Of a stretch of 64,000 bases of DNA, positions 30,496 through 44,198 are shown in pieces. The stretch is from contig CATOCA020000001.1 of NCBI GenBank assembly GCA_951406725.2, positions 7,254,001 through 7,318,000 of the forward strand, written 5' to 3'. A program made the translations under genes and the position numbers. The notes beneath the pieces are model-generated. The model had not been told where the DNA came from. It saw only the letters and a program-made list of their open reading frames with translations, and searched no databases. The first letter of the stretch is position 1, and each line of letters opens with the position of its first letter. This DNA is from Octopus vulgaris (lineage: Eukaryota).

Positions 30496-30512
30496 CATAT
30501 ATATATAATATG

Positions 30513-30544
<32 letters not shown>

Positions 30545-30614
30545 GATATATATATACTATATGTATAATATATGATATATATATATATATAAAAATATAT
30601 ACACACACAGACAC

Positions 30615-30657
<43 letters not shown>

Positions 30658-30702
30658 TATAAACGGCGGTGCATCACCATGGCCGCAGCTCTGAGCTGAA
30701 AC

Positions 30703-30759
<57 letters not shown>

Positions 30760-31079
30760 GTACAAATCATGCAAAGGCATTCACATCTATCCATCACTAT
30801 TGTTAACCGTTGCAGAATTCAAGCAACTCCCTGCTACCCGCATAAATAAAGGACACTTGAAATGTGGGACAATTTTTTCAATCAGTTGATGATTATCTGT
30901 GTATTGTAGTAATGTCTACTTTGGTGTGAGAAACCAGTGACCTCTCCACCTACTGGAATTTTCCATCCGACTAACAGTTTGAACAGTTTATGAACTATAA
31001 TGTGTTAGTGCACATACTCAATCGTGACACCAGTTCGTTCTTCTCTTTCGTCACATTCATCATCAAAGCATTTTTTTAT

Positions 31080-31400
31080 TAATTCATCATCATCACGTTT
31101 TTCTATGCTGGCAGACGTTGCACTATTTGACAGGAACTGGCCAGCTGAGGAGCTATCAGGGCTCCATGTCTGTTTCCATATGCTTTCTATGACTCAGTCC
31201 TTTGTCATCTGCTCTGTGAGGCCCAACGTCTAATGGTCCTTTATCACCACTTAATCACACGTCTTCCTGGGTCCACCCCTTCCGCACTTTCCTTCCACAA
31301 TCAAAGATCTGCACTTCTTGATGCAGCTGTCTTCATCCATATGCATTACATAATAATACCATCGCAGTCTTCTCTCTCGCACACAACATCCGATGCCCTA
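31080..31400 (-). mobile_element. Decayed RTE-type LINE 3' fragment
   Basis: catcatcatcacgtt..tctatgctggca tail shared with 36683; reverse strand encodes a G.RxGRP-like C-terminus. Confidence 0.5.
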
Positions 31401-32048
31401 TATATCCAGTTTTTCTTTCAAATCCACTTAATTATGGAAACATTATTGATCTGTTTAGATATGTCTGTGTGTTTTTGATTTAGTTGTTATTATGTTGTTG
31501 GTATTCTCTTTTCTGGTATAACTTACATTATTTGGGTTGTTATATTTATATATACAATACTCTTCCGTAAGCATTTCTCTTGCTATGGCCATTTGGCTTT
31601 ATCAAGCCAGTTGTAGAGATAGGTTCTTGTTGGTTTGTTGTCTTTCATTATTGTGACATTTCTGTCCTTATACGTTGTATATTTGACTTGATGTTATAAT
31701 AACTTTATATTGTGTTTTAATTGAATAGTTTGTGACATTTGTGATTGGCAAGTAAATATTTACTCATTAAATATCATTGTTAAGCAATAACGTTGACCAC
31801 TAATGTGCGTTTTGTTCAATATAATGATCATAATTTTTGTCTTAATGTAGAACGTAAAGTAAAACAAATGATAATGAAAAGTGGACTCAACTAAGAGATG
31901 ATGTAAGAAATCAACTCTGTGTGAATAGTTTAATCACTGGGGAAACAAACTATGTGTAAATGTAGTTGAACTGTTGTGTAATTTGGGGCATCTTTAGTAT
32001 ATGTTTGTGTAATCTTTAACTCATCATTTTATATTTCATCATTTGTAG

Positions 32049-32226
32049 TTCTGCAAGGATCTGAAACTGGGAAACGAAGAAAGGTGCTCTGGTGTGGTAG
32101 TTGCCTGCTACCTAGCCCACCACGGGGCCAACTTTTACTGTAAAAACAAAATTGGCAGAACACCATTGGACCTAATAGAAAAGGAAAATTTAAAAAAGAC
32201 GTTAAATATGTTATTCCACCAACGCA
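32049..32226 (+). CDS. ANK-RING-DD gene exon 7, last Mind-bomb-like ankyrin repeat (VACYLAHHGANFYCKNKIGRTPLDL); apparent 1-nt deletion near 3' end
   Basis: ttgtag acceptor, gtaagt donor at 32227. Resembles the final Mind bomb ankyrin (IACFLA..GADL..RN.KG.SPLDL). Ends in phase 1 whereas exon 8 needs phase 2. Confidence 0.88.
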
Positions 32227-32742
32227 GTAAGTATTCACTGGCAATGACAAGATAAACCATTACATTTTCTATTTTGTATATAACCGTGTTTATATGTTTA
32301 TATTGTTTTAATTCGACTGATACATTATACTGTCTTAGTGGCTTAATGAAAGGTTACGCAACAACAGTAAGAAGAACAATAAACAATATGCAGTTGTTAA
32401 GCTAATTAAAGAAAGAACACTATTTTGATTACATTCAAATGATTGGTTGCGTTGACTGTTATACCTCTCCTAAAATCCCCACCCACCCACCTCTCTCAGT
32501 TCCCTATTTAAAAGATTTGGGACCAATGAGAAAATGTAGAAGTAAATAGTGAAGTGATGGAATTTATCTGTCTACCAACAGATTTTCCCTCTGTCTTCTC
32601 TGTCCCACCCAGTCATGTCCATGTGAGCTATCCTGAGAAAATCGCCTACAAACACATACAATGAGTGTACATACATGGATACATACATACATACATACGT
32701 ATTTATACATGCATACATAGATACATACATTATATATATAAT

Positions 32743-34357
<1,615 letters not shown>

Positions 34358-34387
34358 TATATATATATATATATATATACATATACG

Positions 34388-34726
<339 letters not shown>

Positions 34727-34827
34727 AGTGAATTATATTTCTGGAATATATGTTGTTCACTTTGCGTAAATCAGTTTTTGTGATGTATCAATGTCATGAC
34801 ATATACTTATTAATATTTGTGTCCATT

Positions 34828-34874
<47 letters not shown>

Positions 34875-35061
34875 CTCTGTCTGTGTCTGTGTGTCTGTGT
34901 CTGTGTGTCTGTGTCTGCATTTATATACACACAAATTCGCCCATATGTAATTGTTTAATTGTGGTGTCGCATAATATTCTCTACTGTAAATATGCACACA
35001 ATGTAATATTTGTTATAAATGAATGTTATTAATGGGATGTGTTCATGTTTTTGTTCCTCAG

Positions 35062-35204
35062 ATGTGTGTTTTGTGAAGACGAAGTGGCCACAGAGACGTT
35101 CTTTCCATGTAAACATCTTTCGCTGTGTAAGAAATGCTGTCCCCCAAAGATACCTAAACGATGCCTCAAGTGTGGACAGAATATAACGAGCAAAAATAGT
35201 TTGG
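35062..35204 (+). CDS. ANK-RING-DD gene exon 8, RING-HC (C3HC4) finger CVFC-x11-CKH-x3-CKKC-x8-CLKC
   Basis: ttcctcag acceptor, G|gtaaga donor; full set of Zn ligands with MIB/IAP-type spacing. Confidence 0.9.
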
Positions 35205-36012
35205 GTAAGAATACTGTATGATCTGTCTGTTTGTCTCATGGGCTTTATGGTGTGGAATATTGTATTTCTGTTGTTGTGTAGATCCAGTTCTGCTTAATCA
35301 AGCACACTTTTGATAAAAGATGTTCCAGGTGTCTTTTCTCTGTCATATTATGTCTCTCACTACTCCCACTAAACATTGTTCTTGTCCAATTAGAAGACTT
35401 GTCACACTTCAAGATGGTTACTTTCTGCAACATAAAAATAATAAAGAATACTGAATTATAAATGGTGACTAAATGCCAATAAATCACCAAGGTTCTATCA
35501 GTAAATACCGACATCTTGTGTGTGATTAGAGTGATTAATGATTTATCAATATCTTCGGAAGCTGATAATTAAAAACAACTGCATTTATATGAATATCAAA
35601 GTGAGCTTTTATAAAATAAGACTCAATAAGAAAATCTCAACTGAGGGTTTAGGGGCCAACATTAGAGAGGGGACATCAAAAGGGTGGGGAAACTTTGATT
35701 GATGTATAGATTAGTATTCCCGAGTATCAGTTCTTCTGAACCGTTTCAAATATTTTCACAGCAATAATGTGTGGACGACAAGTTTTATGTCGTTAATGAG
35801 GTTTTGTGTGAATGTAGTGTGTTAATTTAGGACACGAGATATCACTTCCTGTTAGACCTGATGTCACTTTCTGTTCGACCTGCTTTATTCAGGAGGATGA
35901 ATGACATTGAAATATCTTCAGATATTTCCCCACATCTGATTACATTCTGGAGAACTGTGATGTGGGTAATTAAAATTAAAGATTACTAGTAGTAACCAAT
36001 AACAAAGAGAAC

Positions 36013-36064
<52 letters not shown>

Positions 36065-36526
36065 TGAAGTGGTGTTTCGTGTTTGGGGTTGGATATTTGA
36101 TGCGCAACTTGGTTGACATTTGAATTTAGCAGAAGATGAGACGAATATTGATTAGAGATCTCTGGAGGTGAAATGACGATGTCTTGTCAAAGATCTGGAA
36201 CAAACATAAGAAAACCAAAACGAAACTAAGAGAGAATCTGTTGTTATTAGGTGATAATTAAATTAGATAATTTCAGAATTGTTAGAATTGCTGGATGCCT
36301 TAAGAGACAGAGAAGGGTTGTTAAGTGTAGTTTATGCTGTTGTGGACCTAAATTTTGAATAATTACATTGTAATACTGTAGAAATTATACAAATGCTCTC
36401 CAAAAGCATGATGGTCACCAGTTGACCAATGATGATAGGATTGTCTAACAATAATAAAACATCGATTATTAATAATGATAAAGACTTTTTTCTACAGTGT
36501 TTAAAACATGAAATTGTTTATTTCAG

Positions 36527-36577
36527 AGGGTCCAAAGTCGTCAAAGCCGGAAGTCCAGATGTTGGCAGAACCACCTG
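36527..36577 (+). CDS. Linker exon L1, 51 nt, phase 1-1 (EGPKSSKPEVQMLAEPP)
   Basis: tatttcag acceptor, G|gtgagt donor, open in the RING frame. Confidence 0.8.
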
Positions 36578-36682
36578 GTGAGTAGAAAATAACTGTACCT
36601 AATTATGTAAGACCATAAGAAGCATAGGGTTGGTTTCCCGGTTCCCCCGAGGTATATATTCTTCCATGAACAGGACGCTAGT

Positions 36683-37055
36683 CATCATCATTCATCATCA
36701 TCATTATTTAGCGTCCGCTTTCCATGCTAGCATGGGTTGGACTGTGCAACTGGGGTCTGGGAAGCCAGAAGGCTGCACCAGGCCCAGTCTGATCTGGCAA
36801 AGTTTCTACGGTTGGATGCCCTTCCTAACGCCAACCACTCCGTGAATGTAGTGAGTGCTTTTTACGTGCCACCGACACAGGTGCCAGACGAGGCTGGCAA
36901 ACGGCCACGATCAGATGGTGCTTTTTACGTGCCATCGGCACAGAGGCCAGACGGGCGGTGCTGGCAACGGCCACGTTCGGATGGTTCTTTTACGTACCAC
37001 CGGCACTGGTATCACAGCTACAATTTCCATTGATGTTGATCGATTTTGATTTTGA
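36683..37055 (-). mobile_element. RTE-associated SINE/LINE 3' end with (CAT)n tail
   Basis: catcatcattatttagcgtccgctttccatgctagcatgggttgga...ggatgcccttcctaacgccaacc; related sequence in the opposite orientation at ~85-230. Confidence 0.6.
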
Positions 37056-37059
37056 TTTA

Positions 37060-38330
37060 GTCCGCTGTAAAATTACATATTTTCGCCAGCTGAGTGGACT
37101 GAAGTGTTGGACATATTTTAATCATGTGATTTTGACTCAGAGGATTTAGTAACGAGGATTTATGTGGACTGGGCCTTCCTGATGTGCCTAACTTCCCCAG
37201 TGAATGATTTCCTTCAAACCGCTAAAAATGTGTTTGATACTCTGCATCAACCCCATTTCATAGCAAAGGCTCAAACTAGTCTCCTTTTTCATCAGAAAGA
37301 TGATCTGACATCAAATCAAGCAACAGTATTGTCAGACTTGGCAGAAAATTATAGTTTTGTAGAAAGGATTCGGAGCAAGGGTTTCATTGGAACAACTCCC
37401 AGGCCAATATATTCATCCATTCGCGATCTACTATAAGACTGGTTCAAACCCTCAATGCACTTCAATCTGTGTCATATCTGATTGTTTGAAACATGACAAT
37501 ACCACAGTGCATGCTTTTATTACGAGGGTGATATCGCATATAAAGACAGAACTTCCATTCATAAACCATCTCCTGTACTTCAGTGACGGTGCAGCCGACC
37601 AATACAAGAACTAGAGACACCAAACAAATCTCTGTCATCATCAGAATGATCAAGGACTTGAAGCGGAGTCGTTTTTCTTTGCCATGTCATGTGGAAAAAG
37701 TACATATGAGGGAATCAGTAGGATGGTGAAATGTGTTGCTGAAAAAGCAAGTCTACAAGCAACCAAGAAAGACATTTTCTCACAGGTTGCAAGATGTATG
37801 GCTGAGCATGTGCAAGCATTCCAGAGATAATGTTCTTTGACATGTCGGCAGCCGATGTCATCCAAAATGAAAACAGCTTCGACTTGCTTTCACGAATCAG
37901 CAGCTCAGTGAAATTAGTTGGCACACGATCCCATCACCGCTTCGTCCCTTCTTCAAGATCTGATCTTCTAACGAAGAAGATATCAGCTGATGACAATTTC
38001 ACTCTTTTAGGTGAGGAGAGACCAGCATCTGAGCAAGATATTTCAAAGTTAAAGTCCTGAAAATATGTTGGATACACGAATGAAAATGATTGATACATTG
38101 GTCGTATCATTGAACTCTCAGATGAAAACCAAGATTTATTAATTTCATGCACCAATCAACGCATGACTTCGGTCATGGCGTTCCTCGATCTGTACCAATG
38201 CTTGTCGGGTGCCCTAACAGAACATTATCTGATTGGTTTGAGAACCTGGGACAGAGAACCAGGTTTTATAAGCTGGCGCCTGAGGATCTGCTCTCATCCA
38301 GAAGAGGTTGTCATCGTTTATATCTAGTTA
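37060..38330 (+). mobile_element. Decayed DNA-transposon transposase, Sola2-like
   Basis: Fragments DLAENYSFV, CVISDCLKHD, YFSDGAADQYKN, FFFAMSCGKSTYEG resemble DFAENY / SDGA..QYKN / HGK..CDG transposase motifs; multiple stops and frameshifts. Superfamily assignment tentative. Confidence 0.6.
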
Positions 38331-38579
38331 TTTTTACAATCAAAAATACAAAAACGTATAATAATGATCTAATTAGATAATTGTCTGTTAATATGTAATC
38401 AATGAATTGTAAATCAATAACATCTCAAATTGTAATTAGGAGTTTTACTTTAATACCATAAGCATTTCAGTATGAAAATAATATGATTTAAAATATAAAT
38501 TTTTATATGTAAAATAAGATCCTTTTTAGCAAATAGGCGGCTTATATCTGCCCTTTTATTGATCTTCTGTGATCATTTT

Positions 38580-38960
38580 CAGGGGAGGAAATGAGGCGAG
38601 TATATCGACCCCAGTACACAACTGGTACTTATTTTATTTACCCTGAAAAAATGAAAGGCAAAGACAACCTCGGTGGAATTTTAAACTCAGAACGTGAAGA
38701 CGGACGAAACGCCACTCGGCATTTTGTTCGTCGCGCCACCGATTCTGATAGTTCGCCGCTTTAATATTATTAAATAATAGATAAGGTGACCCCTGGCAGA
38801 ATCGTTAATGCACTTAACTGCATTTCGTCCGTCTTTAGGTTCTAATTTCAAATTCTGCCGAGATTGACTTCGCCTTTTCACCCCTTCAGGGTCAAAAGGA
38901 AAATACCAGTTGTGTACTGGGGTCGATGTAATCAATGTACTCCCTCCCCGAACTTGCTGG
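38580..38960. mobile_element. Two copies of a second SINE family in inverted orientation
   Basis: atcgaccccagtacacaactggtac (38603) is the reverse complement of taccagttgtgtactggggtcgat (38904). Other copies at ~59870-60050 and ~63310-63492. Confidence 0.8.
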
Positions 38961-40567
38961 TCCTGTCACTTTTTTTAACCTTGTGTGATAAAAGTTGTCA
39001 GAGAACTGTGCAATTTTGTTAAAAAGCACATATTGGAAAATAAAATTAATTATGAAGAAGTTAAGAGCAAACTTTGAGATTTTGAACGAATAAAGTGTAG
39101 ATTATACAATCTTGGAGAATGAGTTTCGATCCATTGTTGAATAGGACACATGGTGAAGTGGCGAGTTGAAAATTGTCAAAAACACGATTTTTACACCCGG
39201 AACGAATATCAGAGGCCTCTAAATATCATATTGTATATTGTGAATCTTCTTTTCATTGGTAGATCATTTCTCAAATTGTAGAACCTCAACAGAACTTAGC
39301 ATCTTCGAGTAACATTCTACACCTTATTACTCTCTGTAATTTTACAATTTTCCTTGGTTACATGACCACATCCATACGAACCGTGATTATGGTTCCTATG
39401 TTTCAGTATGTTTTGATGTTATTGTGTTTTCGATTCATTTCATAGGAAACACTATGTTGTGGAACATTTCTGTATACGTATTTGACACTAATTAGATGTA
39501 TTTTATAAAACATTTTAGAAACGTTTTCAATTAGTTAACATCAATGATCATTAGTGACAAATGTGGTAAAATAGTGATGGTGGAATGGGGTATGAGCAGG
39601 GTTTCATATTCCTTGTAATGTTGTTACCTACGACATCAGGAAGACGGTTTCTGTCAGGTAAATATTTCTACAGAGATGTCCATTTCGTCCCCTCAGATTT
39701 GATTGAACTGAGTTTTCAGCCCATTCAGAGGCACCGCATTCATTAAGGGGACATCAAAGGAGAGGTGAAAGTTTGGTTGATATATAGAAGCGGGTTGTCA
39801 GAGATATCCTAGAGTTTTCAGAATCACTTCCATTCTACCATTTCAGATCTTTGCACTGCTATAATGTAAGGACGAAGAGTTACCTGTAGTAGAGTGAAGT
39901 TTGTGCAAGTGTATCCTCTTTGAGGACACCTGCTATCATTTTCTGTTCCACCTGTGTAGAAGTAATCTTCGCTCATCTTTATAAACACTGCTCTATTAAG
40001 GTGTTTTAAAGCATTTCATGCATCAGCTGACATTCTGGTGAACAGTGATGCAGGAAGTTGAAAACTAATCATTACCTGCTGTAATGTTTAAGAAGGAGAT
40101 CAGGTTTGAGTGTTTATACAACTTAAAGTGGTGTGCGTAATGTGTTTATGGTTAGATCATGGATAACCAAACTGGTTGCCATCGGAATTAAGCAAAGATG
40201 AGAATAATGTTGGTTAGAGAAGGGCAGAAGTGAGGGCACAATTTCACGTCGTATGTTTAGTGCAGATATGAGAAAGGAAAGACAGACCTAATAAAAGATT
40301 GGTGTTATCAAGTGATAATTAAATGAAATAATGACACAGTTGTTAGATGACGTCGAATGTCTCAAAAGATAAAGGAAATTTAGGAAGGCAGTGTAAATAT
40401 TAAACTATTACATGGTAATCCTGTTCAAACTATAAACATTCTAACCAAAACCTTTGTCTTCAACAGTTGATTATCTATGAAAGGAATCCCTGATATAAAA
40501 TATAGATTATTAATAAAGATAGAGAAATGTTTCTAAAATGTTTAAAACTTGGAAATATTCATTTCAG

Positions 40568-40618
40568 TGAATCGAACATTTGAAGACAAGGAAATGAAGA
40601 CACTGGCTGAACCTGTTG
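40568..40618 (+). CDS. Linker exon L2, 51 nt, phase 1-1 (VNRTFEDKEMKTLAEPV)
   Basis: catttcag acceptor, G|gtgagt donor; duplicated at 48943. Confidence 0.82.
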
Positions 40619-40920
40619 GTGAGTATAAAATAACAGCACTTGATTGATTCCTGTAAGGTTTATCTTCTGCTTATTTTGATATCAGAATGATAAAGATCAG
40701 CTTCCATTCTTACCTGTCAATGGGAAGTTTTAGCATTAAACTAATCATATTAAACATATCGATACTATTGACATTTCATAAAGTATCCAATCAGGTTAGC
40801 ACGGTTGGTGAAATGGATAAATTAGAAGCTAAATAGATTTCAGGTTCTCTTTTGGAACAGCCAAATAATATATGTTGTGGTTTAACAGGTGAAGTAATGA
40901 CAAAGGTTTTGTTTGTTTTA

Positions 40921-41302
40921 TACTCTTTTACTCGGTTCAGTCATTTGACTGTCACCATGCTGGAGCACCACCTTTTTAGTCGACCAAATTGACCCTAGGA
41001 CTTATTCTTTGTATGCCTAGTACTTATTCCATCTGTCTCTTTAGCCAAACTGCTATGGTACGGGGACGGAAACACACCAGCACCGGTTGTCAAGCAATGT
41101 TGGGAGGACAAACACATACACACATACATACATATATACATACATACATATATACATACATACATACAACATGCATACGACGGGCTTTGGTTGGCTCGAG
41201 GCTATAGTAGAAGACACTTGCCCAAGGTGCCACACAGTGGGACTGAACCCAGAACCATCTAATTCGTAAGCAAGATACTTACCACACAGCCACTCCTACG
41301 CC
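40921..41302 (-). mobile_element. Major SINE inserted only in duplicate copy 1
   Basis: Reverse complement of the 15004 family; empty site visible at ~49300. Confidence 0.9.
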
Positions 41303-41599
41303 TGTATTTTTAAAATGTTTACTGACAAGATATTCTTGTTATTTTACCTGATGTCTCTCATAATCTGGCAGACTTGCAATGAAACGGGTTCCAAATATGA
41401 CCACCCTCATATTTTTCACTGATAATAAATCTATCATTGCATCCAGTAAACATTGTCTTTATTCAAGTGGAAGACGTTGGTTTGCTGCTCAGAAAACCGT
41501 TGTCTCTTTCCTTTCTTCAAACTTCATAGAGGCTGTATGATACAATACAATCAAATACATTCAAAGAGACATCGGACGGGTTGAAAGAAGAAAGGATAG

Positions 41600-42260
41600 T
41601 TATATGACTGAAAATATCCAGAAGACTAGAATCCGGAGAATGTCTGTGTGTGTAGAACATGTATTTTAAATCTGGGATACCATATAAAAAGCAAAGAAGA
41701 ATAAAAGGGATTCGGATGTAGTATGGCTTGATCTGGCTAATGCTTATTGTTCTGTACTACACACATTGTTGATGGAAACAAGGAATTTCTTTCATAAATG
41801 GGAGGAGATTAAGGATCTGATGAGGAGATGCTATAACAGTTTCAAAATGTGTTTCATAGGATAAAACTTCACAAAAGACTGCCAGGTTCTGGATCTGGAA
41901 TAACTGTAGGTTGCACAATATCAGTTGGTTGGTGATCTTTATAGTTATGCTAATTAGATTAACAGAATGTCCAGAAGAAATTGCTCAACGGAAAGATATT
42001 CATGGCTGACATAACAATACTAACAAGAGACTAAAAGGATATGCAAATAGTTCTGGTTAGTAGACTCGATAGAGTAAGTACTTAGTCAAGAATGTGGTTT
42101 CAAGCAAATAAGTAATGCAGTCTATAATTTGTGAATGGTCAGCTGGAGCAAGGGAAGTTACGAACGGCAGGAGAACTCATGCCAAAAGTTAAAGACAAAC
42201 CAAAAGTTAAATATGGTGGTACGCTATCTTGTTGACTGATACATGCTGGGGTAGTGAGAC
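41600..42260 (+). mobile_element. Decayed HERO-like RT fragment (paralogous piece at ~49600-50570)
   Basis: DVVWLDLANAYCSV at ~41716 and NVLWLKLVNAFG at ~50230 resemble the WLDLANAYGSVPH RT motif. Confidence 0.65.
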
Positions 42261-43132
42261 CATGGCAAAGCTGAAGATGGACAGAAAACAACTGATAATT
42301 CAAAACTACTAAAAAAATGCAAAATTTCATGTTTCCAGTTCGATTTATATATTCTTCAGAATAAATTGTTAGTTCTCAATTTGGATATAACCCCTTTGTA
42401 ATAATGTGTACATGAACAGTTATTTTGTAGTTAAGGATGTTTTGTACAAAAGTAGTGTTTCAGGATACCTGTTATCGCTTACCTCTCCACCGTTGTAGAA
42501 CTAATCATTGCTCACCTGAAAAAAGTCGCTTATTAAGAAATGATGACATTGAAATATTTTCAAATATTTCCTTAATCAGATTATATTCTGATGAAGTGTG
42601 ATGTGGTCAGTTAAAATTAAAGATTGCCAACAGTGACCTTTAAAAAAGAGAGCGGGGTTATGTTTATCCTACCTGAAACGATGTGTCATGGTTTTGTGGT
42701 CCGATTTTTGAGGACCAATTTGGTTGTCATGGTATTAAGTAGAAAACGAGAAGAATGTTGATTAGTGAAGTCTAGAGATGAGAGGACAATCATGTCATAG
42801 ATTAGATTAAATATAAGAAGGAGATTAGCAGTGTTAACAAGTGATTATTAAATGAGATAAGTGCAATAGTGTTAGATTATGTAGGATGTCTTAATAGTGC
42901 GAGGAGATTTAGGAAGGTCAGTCTATTTAGTAGTAGACCTATATATTGGGTTATTACACGGTCCTACATTTGGCGCATTTAATAGGATCACAGTAAAAAG
43001 TATAGAAATGTTGGTGGAAAAAATAGTGCTCACCAGTTGATTATGGACGATAAGAATATCTCACAACAATAAAATATAGATTATGAATGATAACGAAACT
43101 TTAATGCCTGAAACTTGAACATATTTTTTCAG

Positions 43133-43198
43133 AGGCTCCAACGCATGGGAAATTCTCGAAGGTGTCAGAGCCTACATCCTCTACAACAAAGCCAGTTG
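43133..43198 (+). CDS. Linker exon L3, 66 nt, phase 1-1 (EAPTHGKFSKVSEPTSSTTKPV)
   Basis: ttttttcag acceptor, G|gtgagt donor; flanks homologous to those of L1 and L2. Confidence 0.78.
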
Positions 43199-44126
43199 GT
43201 GAGTATAATATTACAGCTTCATATTAAAGCTTCTGGGCCGAGGATTGCTTCAAATGGATAATACTTTGAGGGCTGTAAAAGTGTAAACGTGTAAAGCTAA
43301 GTGAATAAAATAATATTGCAAAATTCCAGTTTTTCGCAGGTACCTCCTCGAATACTTTTCAAATGTTTTCATATGATAATGTGTGAGAGATATCATGCTA
43401 TTTCGCCCCCTGTGCAGAATCTAACCATTACCCACCTGAACAAATGCCCTTATTATGGAGAATGTATGGCGTTCAAATATTTGCAAACATTTCTTGAGTT
43501 ACATAACATTCCGGTGTACAGTGATGTGGACAGTTTGTGTTCCACCTGTGTAGAACTAATCATCTCTCTCCTTTAAAAAAGCTGCTTTAAGAAGGAGTCT
43601 TCAAATATTTCCTGAATCAGATGGTGAACCGTGATGTTAGTTAAAGATTACCAGCAGCAACGTTAGCAGATGCATGTCTATTCTACTTGGTGTGAGGTGC
43701 CATGTGTTTGTGGCTGCATGTTTGACGGCAAACTGGGTTAATATTGGAATTAAGCAAATGAGAAGAGAGTTGGTTAGTGAAGTCTAGACGCCAGAGGCCA
43801 ATGCCATGTCATAGATTTCGCACAGATGTAATGGAAGAAATACAAAACTAAAAAAATACTGTGATAATTAAATGAGATAATAGTAACATTATTACACTAT
43901 TTAAGAAACCGTAATAGAGATAGGAAATTTAGAAAGGTTAGTGTATTTTGATGTGGGCCTTAGTATTGAGCTATTATATGAGGCCTCCGTGGAAAGTATA
44001 ATGCTGACCGAAACCATAGCGGTCACCAGTTGACCAATTATGATAGGAATTTCTCACAATAATAAATATAGATTATTAATAAAGAAAATTAACTTTAAGT
44101 ATCTAATTTCGGAATATTTATTTCAG

Positions 44127-44198
44127 AGTCTCCAGTGTTAGATGAAAAGTTTCTCCAAGATGTCGCACAAAATTTAGGAGGAAAATGGCAACAAGTCG
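44127..44198 (+). CDS. Death domain 1, first exon (ESPVLDEKFLQDVAQNLGGKWQQV)
   Basis: tatttcag / G|gtgagt, 72 nt, phase 1-1; DD pattern L..VA..LG..W..LG..LG continues in the next exon. Confidence 0.88.

Noticed and set aside
39263-39308. Possible extra linker exon after ttttcattggtag
   Set aside because: Weak donor, incompatible phase, and lacks the conserved flanks of the true linker exons.
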